Of a stretch of 64,000 nt of DNA, positions 29,317 through 39,550 are shown in pieces. A program made the position numbers and the translations under genes. The notes below the pieces were generated by a model. That model searched no databases and was not told where the DNA came from. It was given only the letters and a program-made list of their open reading frames with translations. Within the stretch, counting starts at the first letter, position 1. Each line of letters begins with the position of its first letter. This stretch comes from an uncultured Brevinematales bacterium (GTDB lineage: Bacteria; Spirochaetota; Brevinematia; Brevinematales; CAZQBT01): the NCBI GenBank assembly GCA_964591955.1, contig CAZQBT010000001.1, positions 371-64,370 on the forward strand, written 5' to 3'.

Positions 29317-30360
29317 CTAAGCCAACTTGGAAAGCCGCTCTTTTGCCTGTTTCGACAACTGGTCAATCGGCGCAAGCACAACGATTTTTTGTAAAATCTG
29401 CTTAGCCGAATCCTTATTTCCCAAATCCATATAGATATCCGCAAGAATAAAAAGCGAATGCTTTATCATTGTAGGGTCTTTCAACACTTTTATAAATTCG
29501 GAAATCACTTGGGAACATTCATTATATTTTTTCAAGTTAAAAAGACACTGGACATATAAAAACTTAGCTTTATTTTTCAAATCACTGTTGACAACCTTGG
29601 AATCCACCTGAAATAACGCCTCAAATTCCTTAACGGCGCTCTCAAAATCACCTCCGTTAAAAAACGATTCCGCTTTATAAAATCGGTTCATAAACTCCTT
29701 TAAACCGAGTTTGGAATGGCTTTCCGCGACCCCCTCCTCTATATCGGTAACGGCAAAAGCATCCAAATCGCCACCCTCTGTCTTCATTATTTCATCAAGA
29801 GGTTTAAAGCCTTTAAGGAATCCGGTTTTAATCGCCTCATTGGAAATCTCAATACGATATTTTGCCTCTTTAGCAAGATTAGTTTCGGGATAAGCGTTGA
29901 TATATCTTTCATAAACCTGAATTGCCTGCTTGTATTTCTTGTTATTCAGATAGTATTCCCCGATTTTGAAAAGCCCTATATTCGGAGGGTAAATAACGTT
30001 ATCGCCGAGATAATTATTTACCTTAATGCCGAGATTACGAAGCTGATTTGATAAAACCTTCAAGAGACGTTTCATCAGTTCAACATTTTTAGCGACAAAG
30101 CCCTCAAACTCACTTACCTTGAAAACAATAGTAAGACATTCGGTAACCGCCTCGGCAACCTCTCCGCGCGGATGGTTAATTATAGCGGATTTAAGCCCGA
30201 AAAACTCGCCCTGATTTAGTGTTCGGGTAATTTTTTCGTTACTTTGAGGTTCAATATAGCTTATATCCAATCTACCGCCCTTAAGGACAAATATATCATC
30301 GCCCACTTCATTGTCAAAATAAACTATTGAACCCTGATTATAACGTCTCTCAATAGGCAT
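29317..30360 (-). CDS. cNMP-binding domain protein fused to TPR repeats
   Basis: The N-terminal cNMP-binding fold is FFGLKSAIINHPRGEVAEAV. The C-terminal approximately 200 aa contain TPR-like repeats (YYLNNKKYKQAIQVYERYINAYP etc.). Confidence 0.8.
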   Translation of the reverse strand: MPIERRYNQGSIVYFDNEVGDDIFVLKGGRLDISYIEPQSNEKITRTLNQGEFFGLKSAIINHPRGEVAEAVTECLTIVFKVSEFEGFVAKNVELMKRLLKVLSNQLRNLGIKVNNYLGDNVIYPPNIGLFKIGEYYLNNKKYKQAIQVYERYINAYPETNLAKEAKYRIEISNEAIKTGFLKGFKPLDEIMKTEGGDLDAFAVTDIEEGVAESHSKLGLKEFMNRFYKAESFFNGGDFESAVKEFEALFQVDSKVVNSDLKNKAKFLYVQCLFNLKKYNECSQVISEFIKVLKDPTMIKHSLFILADIYMDLGNKDSAKQILQKIVVLAPIDQLSKQAKERLSKLA

Positions 30361-30400
30361 TTGCTTCCTTCTCTATATACTAAATTTAATTATAACTCAT

Positions 30401-31633
30401 TTATTGATAAAAATCAACCGGGAAAAAAGGTAAAATTTTCTTGAATTTCACACCCTCCCAAATTCTTTCATACAAATCAATAGGCTTACCGATAAGTATT
30501 CTCTCTTTCCCGTTGACCTCCGTCAACTGGTAAAACTCGGTAAAATGCTCAAAGAAATCGTAGTCCTTGCCGTAGCCGTAAACGGGCTTACCCTCGCTTA
30601 TAACCATAGAAATATTATCGAAACCTGCATTAACCAGCGATTTATACGGATTGGAAACATCCCCGTTGCAAAGTATAAGAAAATCTGCGATGTTACCAAC
30701 CTGTATTCGCCCTAAGTCTTTAAGTCTCATAGCCTTAGCAGCATTAACCGTTACCATATTGACTAAAGTTTTATAATCTATTTCCTCATTATAAAGCTCT
30801 TTGTAAAGGGTATGTGCGAACTGTAGTTCATCAAGAATGTTCAAGCCACCCGACATAGGGGAATCCGTCCCGAGACTGACATTAACCCCTTGCACAAGAA
30901 GCTCTTTTATATCGGTTGTATCCTTAAACATATAATAATTTGAACTCGGACACCAAACAAGATTTGCCTTGTGTTTCGCGATATCCGATATATCCTCTTT
31001 GGAAAGCGAAATTCCGTGAATAAGCACGGTAAATTCGTCAAGTGCATTAAGCTCCTTTAAAATATCTATTCCCAAAGTCGCTTCCTCATCATAGCCCTCT
31101 TCAATATGCGTAATAAAGGGCATATCATTTTTAACCGCGTCATTATGCTCAACGGTAATCCCCCTGCCCCACTTGAGGTCATAACTTGAACACTCATGCT
31201 CAAGCGAATACCGCTTAATAACGCGAAGGGGAAGTTTATCAATAAATTCCTCATTAACGAAATGGGGAATATGGTCTTGAACGGTAGTAACACCGCTAAT
31301 TATATTTCGATAAGCAGCGATCACATAAAGGTCAAAATTAGAAATTTTCCCGCGTTCTTCATACACGGGAGCAGTTTTAAGGTCGTTATCCCAAGGTCTC
31401 CAGTTCATATAAGGACCTGTTCCCACGCGAGGGTAGTAATTGCCCAGGAGATGGTCATGGGCGTTGATAAGACCGGGAAAAACTATATCGTTATCGCGAA
31501 GATTAATAACGAAATCGGGAGAGCTATCGGCTTTTCCTAATTCGGAAATACGCCCGTTATCAACGGTAATAGCCGCCTCTTTCATTATAAATTCGGGAGT
31601 AACTATGATTCCACCCTGAATAACATACTTCAT
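30401..31633 (-). CDS. Amidohydrolase-superfamily protein (deaminase/chlorohydrolase-like)
   Basis: Contains the metal-binding INAHDHL motif and a TIM-barrel amidohydrolase layout. The likely ATG at 31633 (MKYVIQGG) is preceded by GAGGT; the track start is 31681. Confidence 0.8.
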   Translation of the reverse strand: MKYVIQGGIIVTPEFIMKEAAITVDNGRISELGKADSSPDFVINLRDNDIVFPGLINAHDHLLGNYYPRVGTGPYMNWRPWDNDLKTAPVYEERGKISNFDLYVIAAYRNIISGVTTVQDHIPHFVNEEFIDKLPLRVIKRYSLEHECSSYDLKWGRGITVEHNDAVKNDMPFITHIEEGYDEEATLGIDILKELNALDEFTVLIHGISLSKEDISDIAKHKANLVWCPSSNYYMFKDTTDIKELLVQGVNVSLGTDSPMSGGLNILDELQFAHTLYKELYNEEIDYKTLVNMVTVNAAKAMRLKDLGRIQVGNIADFLILCNGDVSNPYKSLVNAGFDNISMVISEGKPVYGYGKDYDFFEHFTEFYQLTEVNGKERILIGKPIDLYERIWEGVKFKKILPFFPVDFYQ

Positions 31634-31723
31634 AAATACCTCGAAAACTTTTAGTATTTCGATTAAATTTTCGGTATGCAAAACTCATAACTGAAATAAA
31701 AATTTTGACGGAAAACTGTGAAA

Positions 31724-32608
31724 TCAGCCGAATAGGTTTTTGAAAAATTTTCGCCAGCCGGCTTCTTCCTCGGGAATATCTATATTCATAAGCCGCCTGC
31801 CTATATGGTTCACACAAAGAGAAACGTTGGATTTCGGGGCAAGTGCAACAAAAGGTATTTGACGCCTCACTGCATCGCTTACCACCTGTTCATCATAGAT
31901 AAACCCGATATTTTCGATTTTAACATTAAGAAACTGCCCTGCAATCTCAATAATCTTATGCGCTACTTTAGCGCCCTCGGCAGCATTTCTCACACGATTG
32001 ACAACCAGCTTGATATTCGGAATTTCCGACTCTACAACGATAGATTTAATTATACCATAAGCATCGGTAATAGCCGTGGGTTCGGGAGTGGTAACAACGA
32101 CCGTTTCATGAGCGGAGATAACAAATTTCACTACGTTATCGGAAATACCCGCCGATGTATCAATTATGATATAGTCGGCATCGCTAATCTCCGCCAATCC
32201 CTCAATAAAATTTTTCTTTTGCTTATCATCCAAATTGGCAAGTTGAGCAAATCCTGAAGCGCCCGCAATAATATCTATACCGTAATCGGTAGAGGTGATA
32301 ATCTCATCCATACGCTTCTGCCCGCGCATAACGTGAAGCAAATTATGCTTCGGGATTACGCCCAAAAGAACGTTTACATTAGCAAGCCCCAAGTCCGCAT
32401 CCATAACAATAACCCTTCTCTTAACTTCCTTCTCGGAATTGGGGTCTTTCATATGAGCAAGAGTAATACCCAAATTAACCGCAAAATTGCTTTTACCGAC
32501 ACCGCCCTTGCCTGAAGTTACGGCAATTATCTTAGTATCCGTTTTGGGAATCTCTCCCATCATTTTTCTCAAACCTTCCGCTTGATCGGGACCTAATAAA
32601 ACCGACAT
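31724..32608 (-). CDS. flhG: MinD/ParA-type ATPase FlhG (FleN/YlxH)
   Basis: Contains the deviant Walker A SGKGGVGKS and the N-terminal DQAEGLR (DQAxxLR) FlhF-activating motif. It sits directly downstream of flhF. Confidence 0.85.
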   Translation of the reverse strand: MSVLLGPDQAEGLRKMMGEIPKTDTKIIAVTSGKGGVGKSNFAVNLGITLAHMKDPNSEKEVKRRVIVMDADLGLANVNVLLGVIPKHNLLHVMRGQKRMDEIITSTDYGIDIIAGASGFAQLANLDDKQKKNFIEGLAEISDADYIIIDTSAGISDNVVKFVISAHETVVVTTPEPTAITDAYGIIKSIVVESEIPNIKLVVNRVRNAAEGAKVAHKIIEIAGQFLNVKIENIGFIYDEQVVSDAVRRQIPFVALAPKSNVSLCVNHIGRRLMNIDIPEEEAGWRKFFKNLFG

Positions 32609-32631
32609 TTCTACCCTCTTAATAAATCTTT

Positions 32632-33975
32632 CTATTTAATAGTATCGGAAATAATTTTATCTAAATTAGAAATTTCAAAGTCCTGAGGAACAGCCTGCCC
32701 GTTCGTAATAAAAGACAACGGTTTTTTGGTTTTATAAAGCGTGGAAAGTATAGAACCGTAGCTTACCGTCTCATCAAGTTTGGTTGCTAAAATATGTGAA
32801 AAATCCAGCACGCCGTAATTATCCATAATAAAATCCAAATCGCCGGGCTTTGTAGTGGCGCTAACCACAAGATGAATGTCTATCTTTTTATCCGACTTGG
32901 AGACCCACTCGGCAAGTTCCTTTATATGAATAGTCTCACGCGGGCTTCTGCCGGCGGTATCAATGAAAGTATAATGGGCTTCATCTTTATTAATAATATC
33001 GAAAAAATCTTCGGGCTTAGATATGGGATAAAAAGGCGATTTAAGAATTTCGGCATAATCAATAAGCTGTGAAGCGGCACCGATTTTATATTTGTCAACT
33101 GAAACAAACCGCATGGACTTTTTTCTCATAGCGGCAATATGCGCCGCCATCTTTATAATAGAAACCGTCTTGCCGACCCCCGTAGGTCCTGCAAACAGGA
33201 TTGTGTCTCCGAAATTGTAACTTTCGAGAGAAATATCCTCACTCGGCAAACTATTACGCAAAAACTCACGTATAAAACTCAAAATACGCGGTTTTTCCAC
33301 AAGAACATCCCGCTTTTGCGATTTCAACTCCTCACATATATTATTAATGAGAACATTAGAAAACTCTTTGTCACGCAAATAATTTTCCGCCCATTTTATA
33401 TTCTTTTGTGAAATCTCTATATCTTCATAAACCTGCTTTTCTTTATCAATACCCGTTCTTACCTGTCCCTGTATAAAATTTTCTTTTATAAGATTCTCTA
33501 TATGCGTAATAGAATCTTTAAGTTCATTCAAATCCTCTTTAAGTTTGGCATTTTCAACGGTCAATTTGTCCCAATTAGGTTCCGCTTTGCGGAAAGAACG
33601 AGGCTCTTTATCGGCAGATATGTCTTTTACGGGAAAACTCGGTTTTTCCCGATTGGCAAGATTTTCCTCATAAGGAAACAAAGGAGGGGTAGAGAGATTA
33701 GAGGTTTCCCGCTTCTTCTTGTTGCTCGTAAATTTATTATCCATAACCGCCACAAGTATATTATACTGCTGACGTTTACGGATTCCCAAAAAACCCTTCC
33801 TCTCATCGGGATACTTCCTGATAATCTGCATCTGAGAAAGGATATTCAACTCAGTCCCCTTTTTGTATAACTGGTCTAAAGCCTCTCTGTAAGTATTGCC
33901 CGTAAATGTAATATATTCCACTCCCAAACCCTCACTAAAATTATTTTTTAAACCTGCGTTTATTGTAACATTCAT
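32632..33975 (-). CDS. flhF: Flagellar biosynthesis SRP-type GTPase FlhF
   Basis: The C-terminal NG domain has GPTGVGKT and DTAGR motifs. The ATG at 33975 is preferred over the TTG at 33990. Confidence 0.85.
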   Translation of the reverse strand: MNVTINAGLKNNFSEGLGVEYITFTGNTYREALDQLYKKGTELNILSQMQIIRKYPDERKGFLGIRKRQQYNILVAVMDNKFTSNKKKRETSNLSTPPLFPYEENLANREKPSFPVKDISADKEPRSFRKAEPNWDKLTVENAKLKEDLNELKDSITHIENLIKENFIQGQVRTGIDKEKQVYEDIEISQKNIKWAENYLRDKEFSNVLINNICEELKSQKRDVLVEKPRILSFIREFLRNSLPSEDISLESYNFGDTILFAGPTGVGKTVSIIKMAAHIAAMRKKSMRFVSVDKYKIGAASQLIDYAEILKSPFYPISKPEDFFDIINKDEAHYTFIDTAGRSPRETIHIKELAEWVSKSDKKIDIHLVVSATTKPGDLDFIMDNYGVLDFSHILATKLDETVSYGSILSTLYKTKKPLSFITNGQAVPQDFEISNLDKIISDTIK

Positions 33976-34002
33976 AAACTCTTTTGGCAAAAAACCCGCC
34001 CG

Positions 34003-36114
34003 TTATTGAGCGGTAAAATTCTCCGCCGGTTGTAAACTAACCAATCCCACCTGATTAAGCGAATAATTAGACGGAATTTCCGAATAAGATAAAACGGGAA
34101 TAGAGGGATAATATCGCTCAAGCACCTCGCGAACAAGCCGCCTGATTTTTTGAGAACCGAGTATAACCGGCTGAATCCCTTTAGCCAAAGCTCCTTCAAT
34201 AACACCGCCCGCTTTATCGACAAACCTGTGCAGGACATCGGTATCCAAAGTGGAAACAAGTCCGTCCTGAGTCTCGTGAATAGAATCGGCAAAAACCTCT
34301 TCAAGTTCCGGGTCAATGAAAATACCCTGTATTGTGTTTTTATCATCTGCATATTTGGAAACAATCTGCTTGCGAAGCGCCCTGCGGACAAATTCGGTTA
34401 ACAGGTCAATATTCTTGACGCTTCCCGAATAATCGGCAATAGCCTCAAGAATTACAAGCATATTGCGTATAGAAACGTCCTCCCGCAAAAGATTCTGTAA
34501 AACCTTCTGGATTTCGCCGATACCCCCCGAATTGCTCATAACCTCCTCAATAATAGCGGGGTATTTTTCGCGCAACGTATCAAGTATGGATTTAACATCC
34601 TGACGCGTAAGCAGTTCGGGAGAATTTTTCTTAACCACCTCGGTAAGGTGGGTGGCAATAACGGCAGCAGGGTCAAAAATCTCAAACTCAAGTGTCTCCG
34701 CCTTGGGACGCTCCTCCTCGCTAATCCACTTAGCCTTAATACCGAAAGCCGGCTCTTTAACCTCTATACCGTCAATCTGAGATAAATCGGCATTGGGTTT
34801 CATAGCAAGAAGACGGTTAATAAACACCTTCCCGCGCGCAACCTCCGTCCCGCGTATCTTGATAAGATACTCGGAAGCCTCGATAGTAACGTTATCGAAA
34901 ATCCTGATAGGCGGAACAAGGATACCCAAATCCAAACCCACCCGTTTACGAATTAGCTTAATACGTTCAAGCAAATCGCCGCCCTGTTCCTTATCGACCA
35001 GAGGGATTAAGCTGTAACCGATTTCAAGTGTCATCGGGTCAACGTTCATAATATCCTGCATAGTGGTAGGTTTTTCGGCGGTCTGTTTTGCAACCTCGGT
35101 TTCGGCTTCTTTTTTCTCGGCGCTTTTCTTGATAGATGTTTTCATAAGAAAACCGATACCGCCCAGAGCCGCACCTATAATCATATTAAGCACCGTGGGG
35201 AAGCCGGGCAAAAACCCCATAACAAATATAGCAAAACCGGCAATAAATAAAACCTGCGGTGCAGCGCCGATTTGTGCAACCATCTCACTGGCAAATCTAT
35301 CATCGCTGCTGCTTGTTCGGGTAACAATAATACCCGATGCTGTGGAAATAAGCAAAGCGGGAATTTGGGAAACAAGTCCGTCACCGACGGTAAGAAGGAT
35401 ATAAACCCTTGCGCCCTCAATACCTTCGCCCCGCATAACAGCGCCGACTATAAGTCCGCCGATAACGTTGACAAGCGTAATAACAAGAGCTACCTTAACG
35501 TTACCCGACACAAACTTGGAAGCGCCGTCCATATTACCGTAGAAATCCGCCTCAAGTTGAAGTTCCTTGCGACGCTTTCTCGCCTCATCCTCCGTTATAA
35601 GCCCTGCGTTGAGGTCTTCATTGACCGCAATCTGCTTACCCGGCATAGCATCCAAAGTAAATCTTGCCGCAACTTCCGAAACACGGGTAGCGCCTTTCGT
35701 AATAACAAGGAATTGGATAGCCAAAAGGACAATAAAGATAATAAATCCCACTACATAGTTGCCGCGAACAACAAAATCGCCGAAAGCCTGAATAATCCGT
35801 CCGGCATAAGCTTGAGACAAAATAAGACGTGTAGATGAAACATTAAGCGCAAGACCAAAAACCGTAGTTAAAAGAATCAAAGTCGGAAAAGAGGAGAAAT
35901 CCGCCGGCTTTTTCACATACATAGTGCTGAGAATTACCATCATACTTAAAGCCAAATTGCAGATAAGCAAAATATCAAGAATTACAGTAGGCAACGGGAT
36001 AATAAGCATCAAAACCACACCGACCGCCGCAATAGCCACAAAAATATCGACATTGTTTTTCAGGTTAAACAGCTTGGAAAGTTTAAATCCGGTAGCCTTT
36101 TTTTCCTCAGCCAT
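34003..36114 (-). CDS. flhA: Flagellar type III export gate protein FlhA
   Basis: 703 aa with an N-terminal 8-TM region and a conserved cytoplasmic domain (FlhA/EscV family). Confidence 0.95.
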   Translation of the reverse strand: MAEEKKATGFKLSKLFNLKNNVDIFVAIAAVGVVLMLIIPLPTVILDILLICNLALSMMVILSTMYVKKPADFSSFPTLILLTTVFGLALNVSSTRLILSQAYAGRIIQAFGDFVVRGNYVVGFIIFIVLLAIQFLVITKGATRVSEVAARFTLDAMPGKQIAVNEDLNAGLITEDEARKRRKELQLEADFYGNMDGASKFVSGNVKVALVITLVNVIGGLIVGAVMRGEGIEGARVYILLTVGDGLVSQIPALLISTASGIIVTRTSSSDDRFASEMVAQIGAAPQVLFIAGFAIFVMGFLPGFPTVLNMIIGAALGGIGFLMKTSIKKSAEKKEAETEVAKQTAEKPTTMQDIMNVDPMTLEIGYSLIPLVDKEQGGDLLERIKLIRKRVGLDLGILVPPIRIFDNVTIEASEYLIKIRGTEVARGKVFINRLLAMKPNADLSQIDGIEVKEPAFGIKAKWISEEERPKAETLEFEIFDPAAVIATHLTEVVKKNSPELLTRQDVKSILDTLREKYPAIIEEVMSNSGGIGEIQKVLQNLLREDVSIRNMLVILEAIADYSGSVKNIDLLTEFVRRALRKQIVSKYADDKNTIQGIFIDPELEEVFADSIHETQDGLVSTLDTDVLHRFVDKAGGVIEGALAKGIQPVILGSQKIRRLVREVLERYYPSIPVLSYSEIPSNYSLNQVGLVSLQPAENFTAQ

Positions 36115-36130
36115 AAAAACGCCTCATAAT

Positions 36131-37306
36131 TTATGCAACTCCTTTTTTCATCTTATAAACCATAGCAAGAATATTAGCGACCACTTCAAAGAATTCCTTA
36201 GGCACAATATCCCCGACCTCCACCTGCTTATAAAGAGCGCGAGCAAGGGGCTTGTTTTCCACAAGCGGAACATTGTGTTCTTTAGCCACCTCACGAATAC
36301 GCAAGGCAAAAGCGCCCTCACCCTTAGCGATAACCGTAGGCGCAGGCATCGCGTTCCCGTCGTAGCGAAGAGCGATGGAATAGTGCGTCGGGTTGGTAAT
36401 AACAACATCGGCTTTAGGCACGTCCCGTATCATACGCCTGCTTAAAATTCTTCGCTCAATCTCGCGCATCTTGGCTTTAATCTCCGGGTCTCCTTCGTGT
36501 TCCTTGACTTCCTGCTTAACCTCGTATTTGGTCATTTTTAAAGTCTGCTTGTGAGTCCATCTTTGGAAAACATAGTCCCCGACAGCAAAGACCAAAAGTA
36601 AAAGTCCCGCAAACGACACAAATTGGAATAACATATCGGAAATTAAAGCGAGAGATTCAAAAGGTCTCATACGGGGAATGGACAAAATGCTTGTTAAGCG
36701 CGCATTCACTATAACAAAGCCGATAGCAAAAACCCCGACCACCTTCAAGATGGATTTTATAAAATTAAAAACAGTCTCGCCCGACCAAAACATTTTTTTA
36801 AAATTCTTCGGAACGTTGGATATAAGTTTACCGAAATCCAATGAAATCTTCTTTGCCGAAAAAATAAACCCTCCGGTTTGAAGAACATTAGCTAAAATAC
36901 CTGCAATAACCCCTACGCCCATTACGGGAAGAACAATCCGCGCCATCATCCAAATCATTTCGGTAAAAAAGTATGGCAAATCATCTTTGGTAATATTAAT
37001 GTCAAGAATCCCGTTCAGGTAAAAGTTCATAATATCGGCAAGGCTGTGAAGCAATATCCTTGCCATAAGCGAAATAGTCCAGAACGATAAAAGGAAAACA
37101 ATAATCCCGATAAGCTCCTGGGACTTGGCGACATTACCCTCTTCGCGCGCTTTCTTTTTCTTGTATTCGGTAGGTTCTTCGGTACGCCCTTCCTCTTCGG
37201 ATGCAGCAAATAACTGCAAATCGAAACGGTAGTCCAAAACAAACTGCAGGTCGGAAACACCGAGCGAATAAAGAAAATCAAAATCGCGAGATTCCATAAA
37301 AATCAC
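36131..37306 (-). CDS. flhB: Flagellar export switch protein FlhB
   Basis: Contains the NPTH autocleavage motif (VVITNPTHYSIALRY) and KKAREEGNVAKSQEL near the N-terminus. The GTG at 37306 overlaps the fliR TGA (GTGA); an alternative ATG is at 37297. Confidence 0.9.
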   Translation of the reverse strand: MIFMESRDFDFLYSLGVSDLQFVLDYRFDLQLFAASEEEGRTEEPTEYKKKKAREEGNVAKSQELIGIIVFLLSFWTISLMARILLHSLADIMNFYLNGILDINITKDDLPYFFTEMIWMMARIVLPVMGVGVIAGILANVLQTGGFIFSAKKISLDFGKLISNVPKNFKKMFWSGETVFNFIKSILKVVGVFAIGFVIVNARLTSILSIPRMRPFESLALISDMLFQFVSFAGLLLLVFAVGDYVFQRWTHKQTLKMTKYEVKQEVKEHEGDPEIKAKMREIERRILSRRMIRDVPKADVVITNPTHYSIALRYDGNAMPAPTVIAKGEGAFALRIREVAKEHNVPLVENKPLARALYKQVEVGDIVPKEFFEVVANILAMVYKMKKGVA

Positions 37307-38082
37307 CCTTTCATATAATAGGCAAGTTCACGCGCGCTGGTAATAATCCCGTCAATAAGCGCGTGGCCCAAATCAAGCAACGGGGGTAAAGCCAAGAAAA
37401 CAATCAAAAAACCCGCAAGGATTTTAATATTAAACCCCATAATCATAATATTAAACTGGGGGGCAACACGGGCAATCATTCCCATCGCCATATCAAGCAA
37501 AAGAGTAATAGCGATAATGGGAAGCGCAATTTTCATAGAGGTATCAAACATAACGGAAAGTCCCATAGTCAACCCCTGGGTCAGGGTGCCGAAAGAGCTT
37601 GCCGATAAAGTTTCAACCCGTTGGAAACTTTCCACAATCACGCGAACAAAATAAAAATGCCCGTCAACCTGTAAAAGCAAAAACAAAACCATAATACCGA
37701 GTATATTACCCAAAGCCGGAACTTGAGTATCGGAAAGAGGGTCAACGACCTCGTTCATACCCAAACCCATAGGAATACTGAAAATCTGCGCGGACATCTG
37801 GAACGCGGTAATAATCAAATAAGCAAAAAAGCCGATACCCGCACCGAAAACAAAATTTCCGAGAAGCCTCGCCCCGAAATCCACCAAGTTAGCGGGAACA
37901 CTAACCCCGCTCGCCATAACAAGCGGGGAAACAAGCAGCGTGGTAAAAAAACCGAAGCCAAGTCTCATCCTTGCAGGCATAGCGGTCCCGGAATAAAACG
38001 GAGCCGCAATAAACATCCCTATCAGCCTCGCAAAAATTATCAAAAACAGCTGGAAGTTAGCAACAAAATACTCGTAAATCAT
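37303..38082 (-). CDS. fliR: Flagellar export apparatus protein FliR
   Basis: Polytopic membrane protein at the FliR position. The ATG at 38082 follows GAGGGG; the track start at 38094 is GTG. Confidence 0.85.
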   Translation of the reverse strand: MIYEYFVANFQLFLIIFARLIGMFIAAPFYSGTAMPARMRLGFGFFTTLLVSPLVMASGVSVPANLVDFGARLLGNFVFGAGIGFFAYLIITAFQMSAQIFSIPMGLGMNEVVDPLSDTQVPALGNILGIMVLFLLLQVDGHFYFVRVIVESFQRVETLSASSFGTLTQGLTMGLSVMFDTSMKIALPIIAITLLLDMAMGMIARVAPQFNIMIMGFNIKILAGFLIVFLALPPLLDLGHALIDGIITSARELAYYMKG

Positions 38083-38129
38083 AAAACCCCTCACAAACAG
38101 AGGTAAAAAAACGCATTACTACGGCAAAA

Positions 38130-38408
38130 CTACAAGCGCGTAGTGGCAATAAGGTCAAAGATACGGTGCGTAAAATCCATCATACTATTACAGGAAAAAG
38201 GTCCTAATACAATCATAAGAATCAAAAGAGCAATAATCTTGGGAACAAAGGTTAAGGTCTGTTCCTGAATAGATGTAGTTGCCTGAAGAATACTGATAAT
38301 AAGCCCGATAATCATAGCCGTTCCAAGCAAAGGCACGGATAAAACGAGAATCTGATAAGCCGAGTCGCGCACAATATCAAGTATTAGTCCTTGCGATAAT
38401 TCCTGCAT
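38130..38408 (-). CDS. fliQ: Flagellar export apparatus protein FliQ
   Basis: 92 aa with two TM helices, at the FliQ position between fliP and fliR. Confidence 0.9.
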   Translation of the reverse strand: MQELSQGLILDIVRDSAYQILVLSVPLLGTAMIIGLIISILQATTSIQEQTLTFVPKIIALLILMIVLGPFSCNSMMDFTHRIFDLIATTRL

Positions 38409-38421
38409 CTATTCCACCTCG

Positions 38422-39180
38422 CTAACCAAAACTCAAAACTAATTTTTCAACAAGCAAATCCCATCCGTCAACAAGAATAAAAAGCAAAATCTTCAAAGGA
38501 AACGAAATCATAATCGGGGGAAGCATAAGTATTCCCATCGACATCAAAGTGCTTGCCACAACAACATCTATAACGGTAAAGGGAATCAAAATCAGCATAC
38601 CCATATAAAAAGACAAAGTAAGTTCGTTTAAAATAAAAGCGGGAATAAGAACGTAAGTGGGGACCTCCGAGGGGTTACCGGGACGCTCAATATTGGCGAG
38701 ACGAACAAAGCGGTAGATATAACGCTCGGAAGTCTGTTTAAACATAAATTCGCGGACAGGCTCTATCGCGCGATTATACCCCTCCTCAAGCACAATCTCC
38801 CCGTCAAGATAAGGACGCACCCCATCCTGATACGAGCGGTTAAACACCGGAAACATAATAAACAAAGTAAGAAATAAAGACAGCCCTACGATAATGTTAT
38901 TGGGAGGGATAGTCTGGGTGGCAAGCCCTCTGCTGACAAAAGAAAAAACAATATAAACACGAACAAACGAAGTAATCAGGATAAGGAGAGTCGGGGCAAG
39001 TGATATGATGGTAATAAGAAAAATAACCTGTAATGATAAAGCTACCTCTTGAGGAGAACGGGCTTCTTCAATATTAAAATTAATTGTAGGAATTGGAATA
39101 TTTCCCGCCTCCTGCGCAAAAGCACCGACACACGGAAGAAATATTAAGGCAAGCAGAAAAAGAAAAACACGCTTGTTCAA
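38422..39180 (-). CDS. fliP: Flagellar export apparatus protein FliP
   Basis: FliP family with a signal-like N-terminus. The TTG at 39180 lies 4 nt after GGAGGGAGGGG; the longer ATG start at 39219 has no SD sequence. Confidence 0.9.
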   Translation of the reverse strand: MNKRVFLFLLALIFLPCVGAFAQEAGNIPIPTINFNIEEARSPQEVALSLQVIFLITIISLAPTLLILITSFVRVYIVFSFVSRGLATQTIPPNNIIVGLSLFLTLFIMFPVFNRSYQDGVRPYLDGEIVLEEGYNRAIEPVREFMFKQTSERYIYRFVRLANIERPGNPSEVPTYVLIPAFILNELTLSFYMGMLILIPFTVIDVVVASTLMSMGILMLPPIMISFPLKILLFILVDGWDLLVEKLVLSFG

Positions 39181-39263
39181 GATTCCCCTCCCTCCGAAAA
39201 AGCGAACAAAAAGATGCAAAAACTGAGAGAGCTATTCCCTCCCATAAAAAGTAAAAATCAAGA

Positions 39264-39289
39264 CTGCGAGAGAAAAAGAACTCTCGCAA
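39264..39289 (-). promoter_or_regulatory. Terminator-like hairpin inside the fliP leader (candidate attenuator)
   Basis: The minus strand reads TTGCGAGAG-uucuuuuu-CTCTCGCAG followed by TCTTGATTTTTACTTTTTAT. It lies between the predicted promoter and the fliP start. Confidence 0.4.
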
Positions 39290-39505
39290 CTATCCCCGAA
39301 AGGATAGAAATTAATTGGCAAAAACGCCAAAATTCCTTATCTTGCGAAATGCCGAAAAGACATTCATCAGGGATTCCCCTCCCTTCAATTCTGCAAAACC
39401 GGGAATCTTCTATAAACCAAATATTCGTTAATATCAAACCAAACAAGAGACCAAATTGCACGGAAACTGCTGCGCTTTTCGCATTAAAGAGACGTGTTTC
39501 GTTTC

Positions 39506-39527
39506 CTGTGCGTAATCTGTGCGTAAT
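39506..39527 (-). repeat. Perfect tandem 11-mer duplication in the fliP leader
   Basis: The minus strand reads ATTACGCACAG ATTACGCACAG, about 25 nt downstream of the predicted -10. Confidence 0.6.
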
Positions 39528-39550
39528 TTCCTTTATATTGAACCTATGTT

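Noticed and set aside
31560-31817. 85-aa minus-strand ORF bridging flhG and the amidohydrolase gene.
   Set aside because: It overlaps both neighbours out of frame, has a Tyr/Arg-rich nonsense-like translation and no SD sequence.
35272-35838. 188-aa plus-strand ORF antisense to flhA; also 7987-8517 antisense to accC and 13899-14405 antisense to the lipoprotein gene.
   Set aside because: Each is embedded in a confidently identified or long well-supported gene on the other strand, and none has its own initiation signals.
39258-39461. 67-aa ORF upstream of fliP, considered as a possible FliO because of its hydrophobic N-terminus (QFGLLFGLILTNIWFI).
   Set aside because: It has a GTG start with no SD sequence. 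It lacks the FliO core pattern after the TM segment. It reads through an internal SD-like sequence and both leader hairpins. Coding status stays unresolved without conservation or ribosome profiling data.
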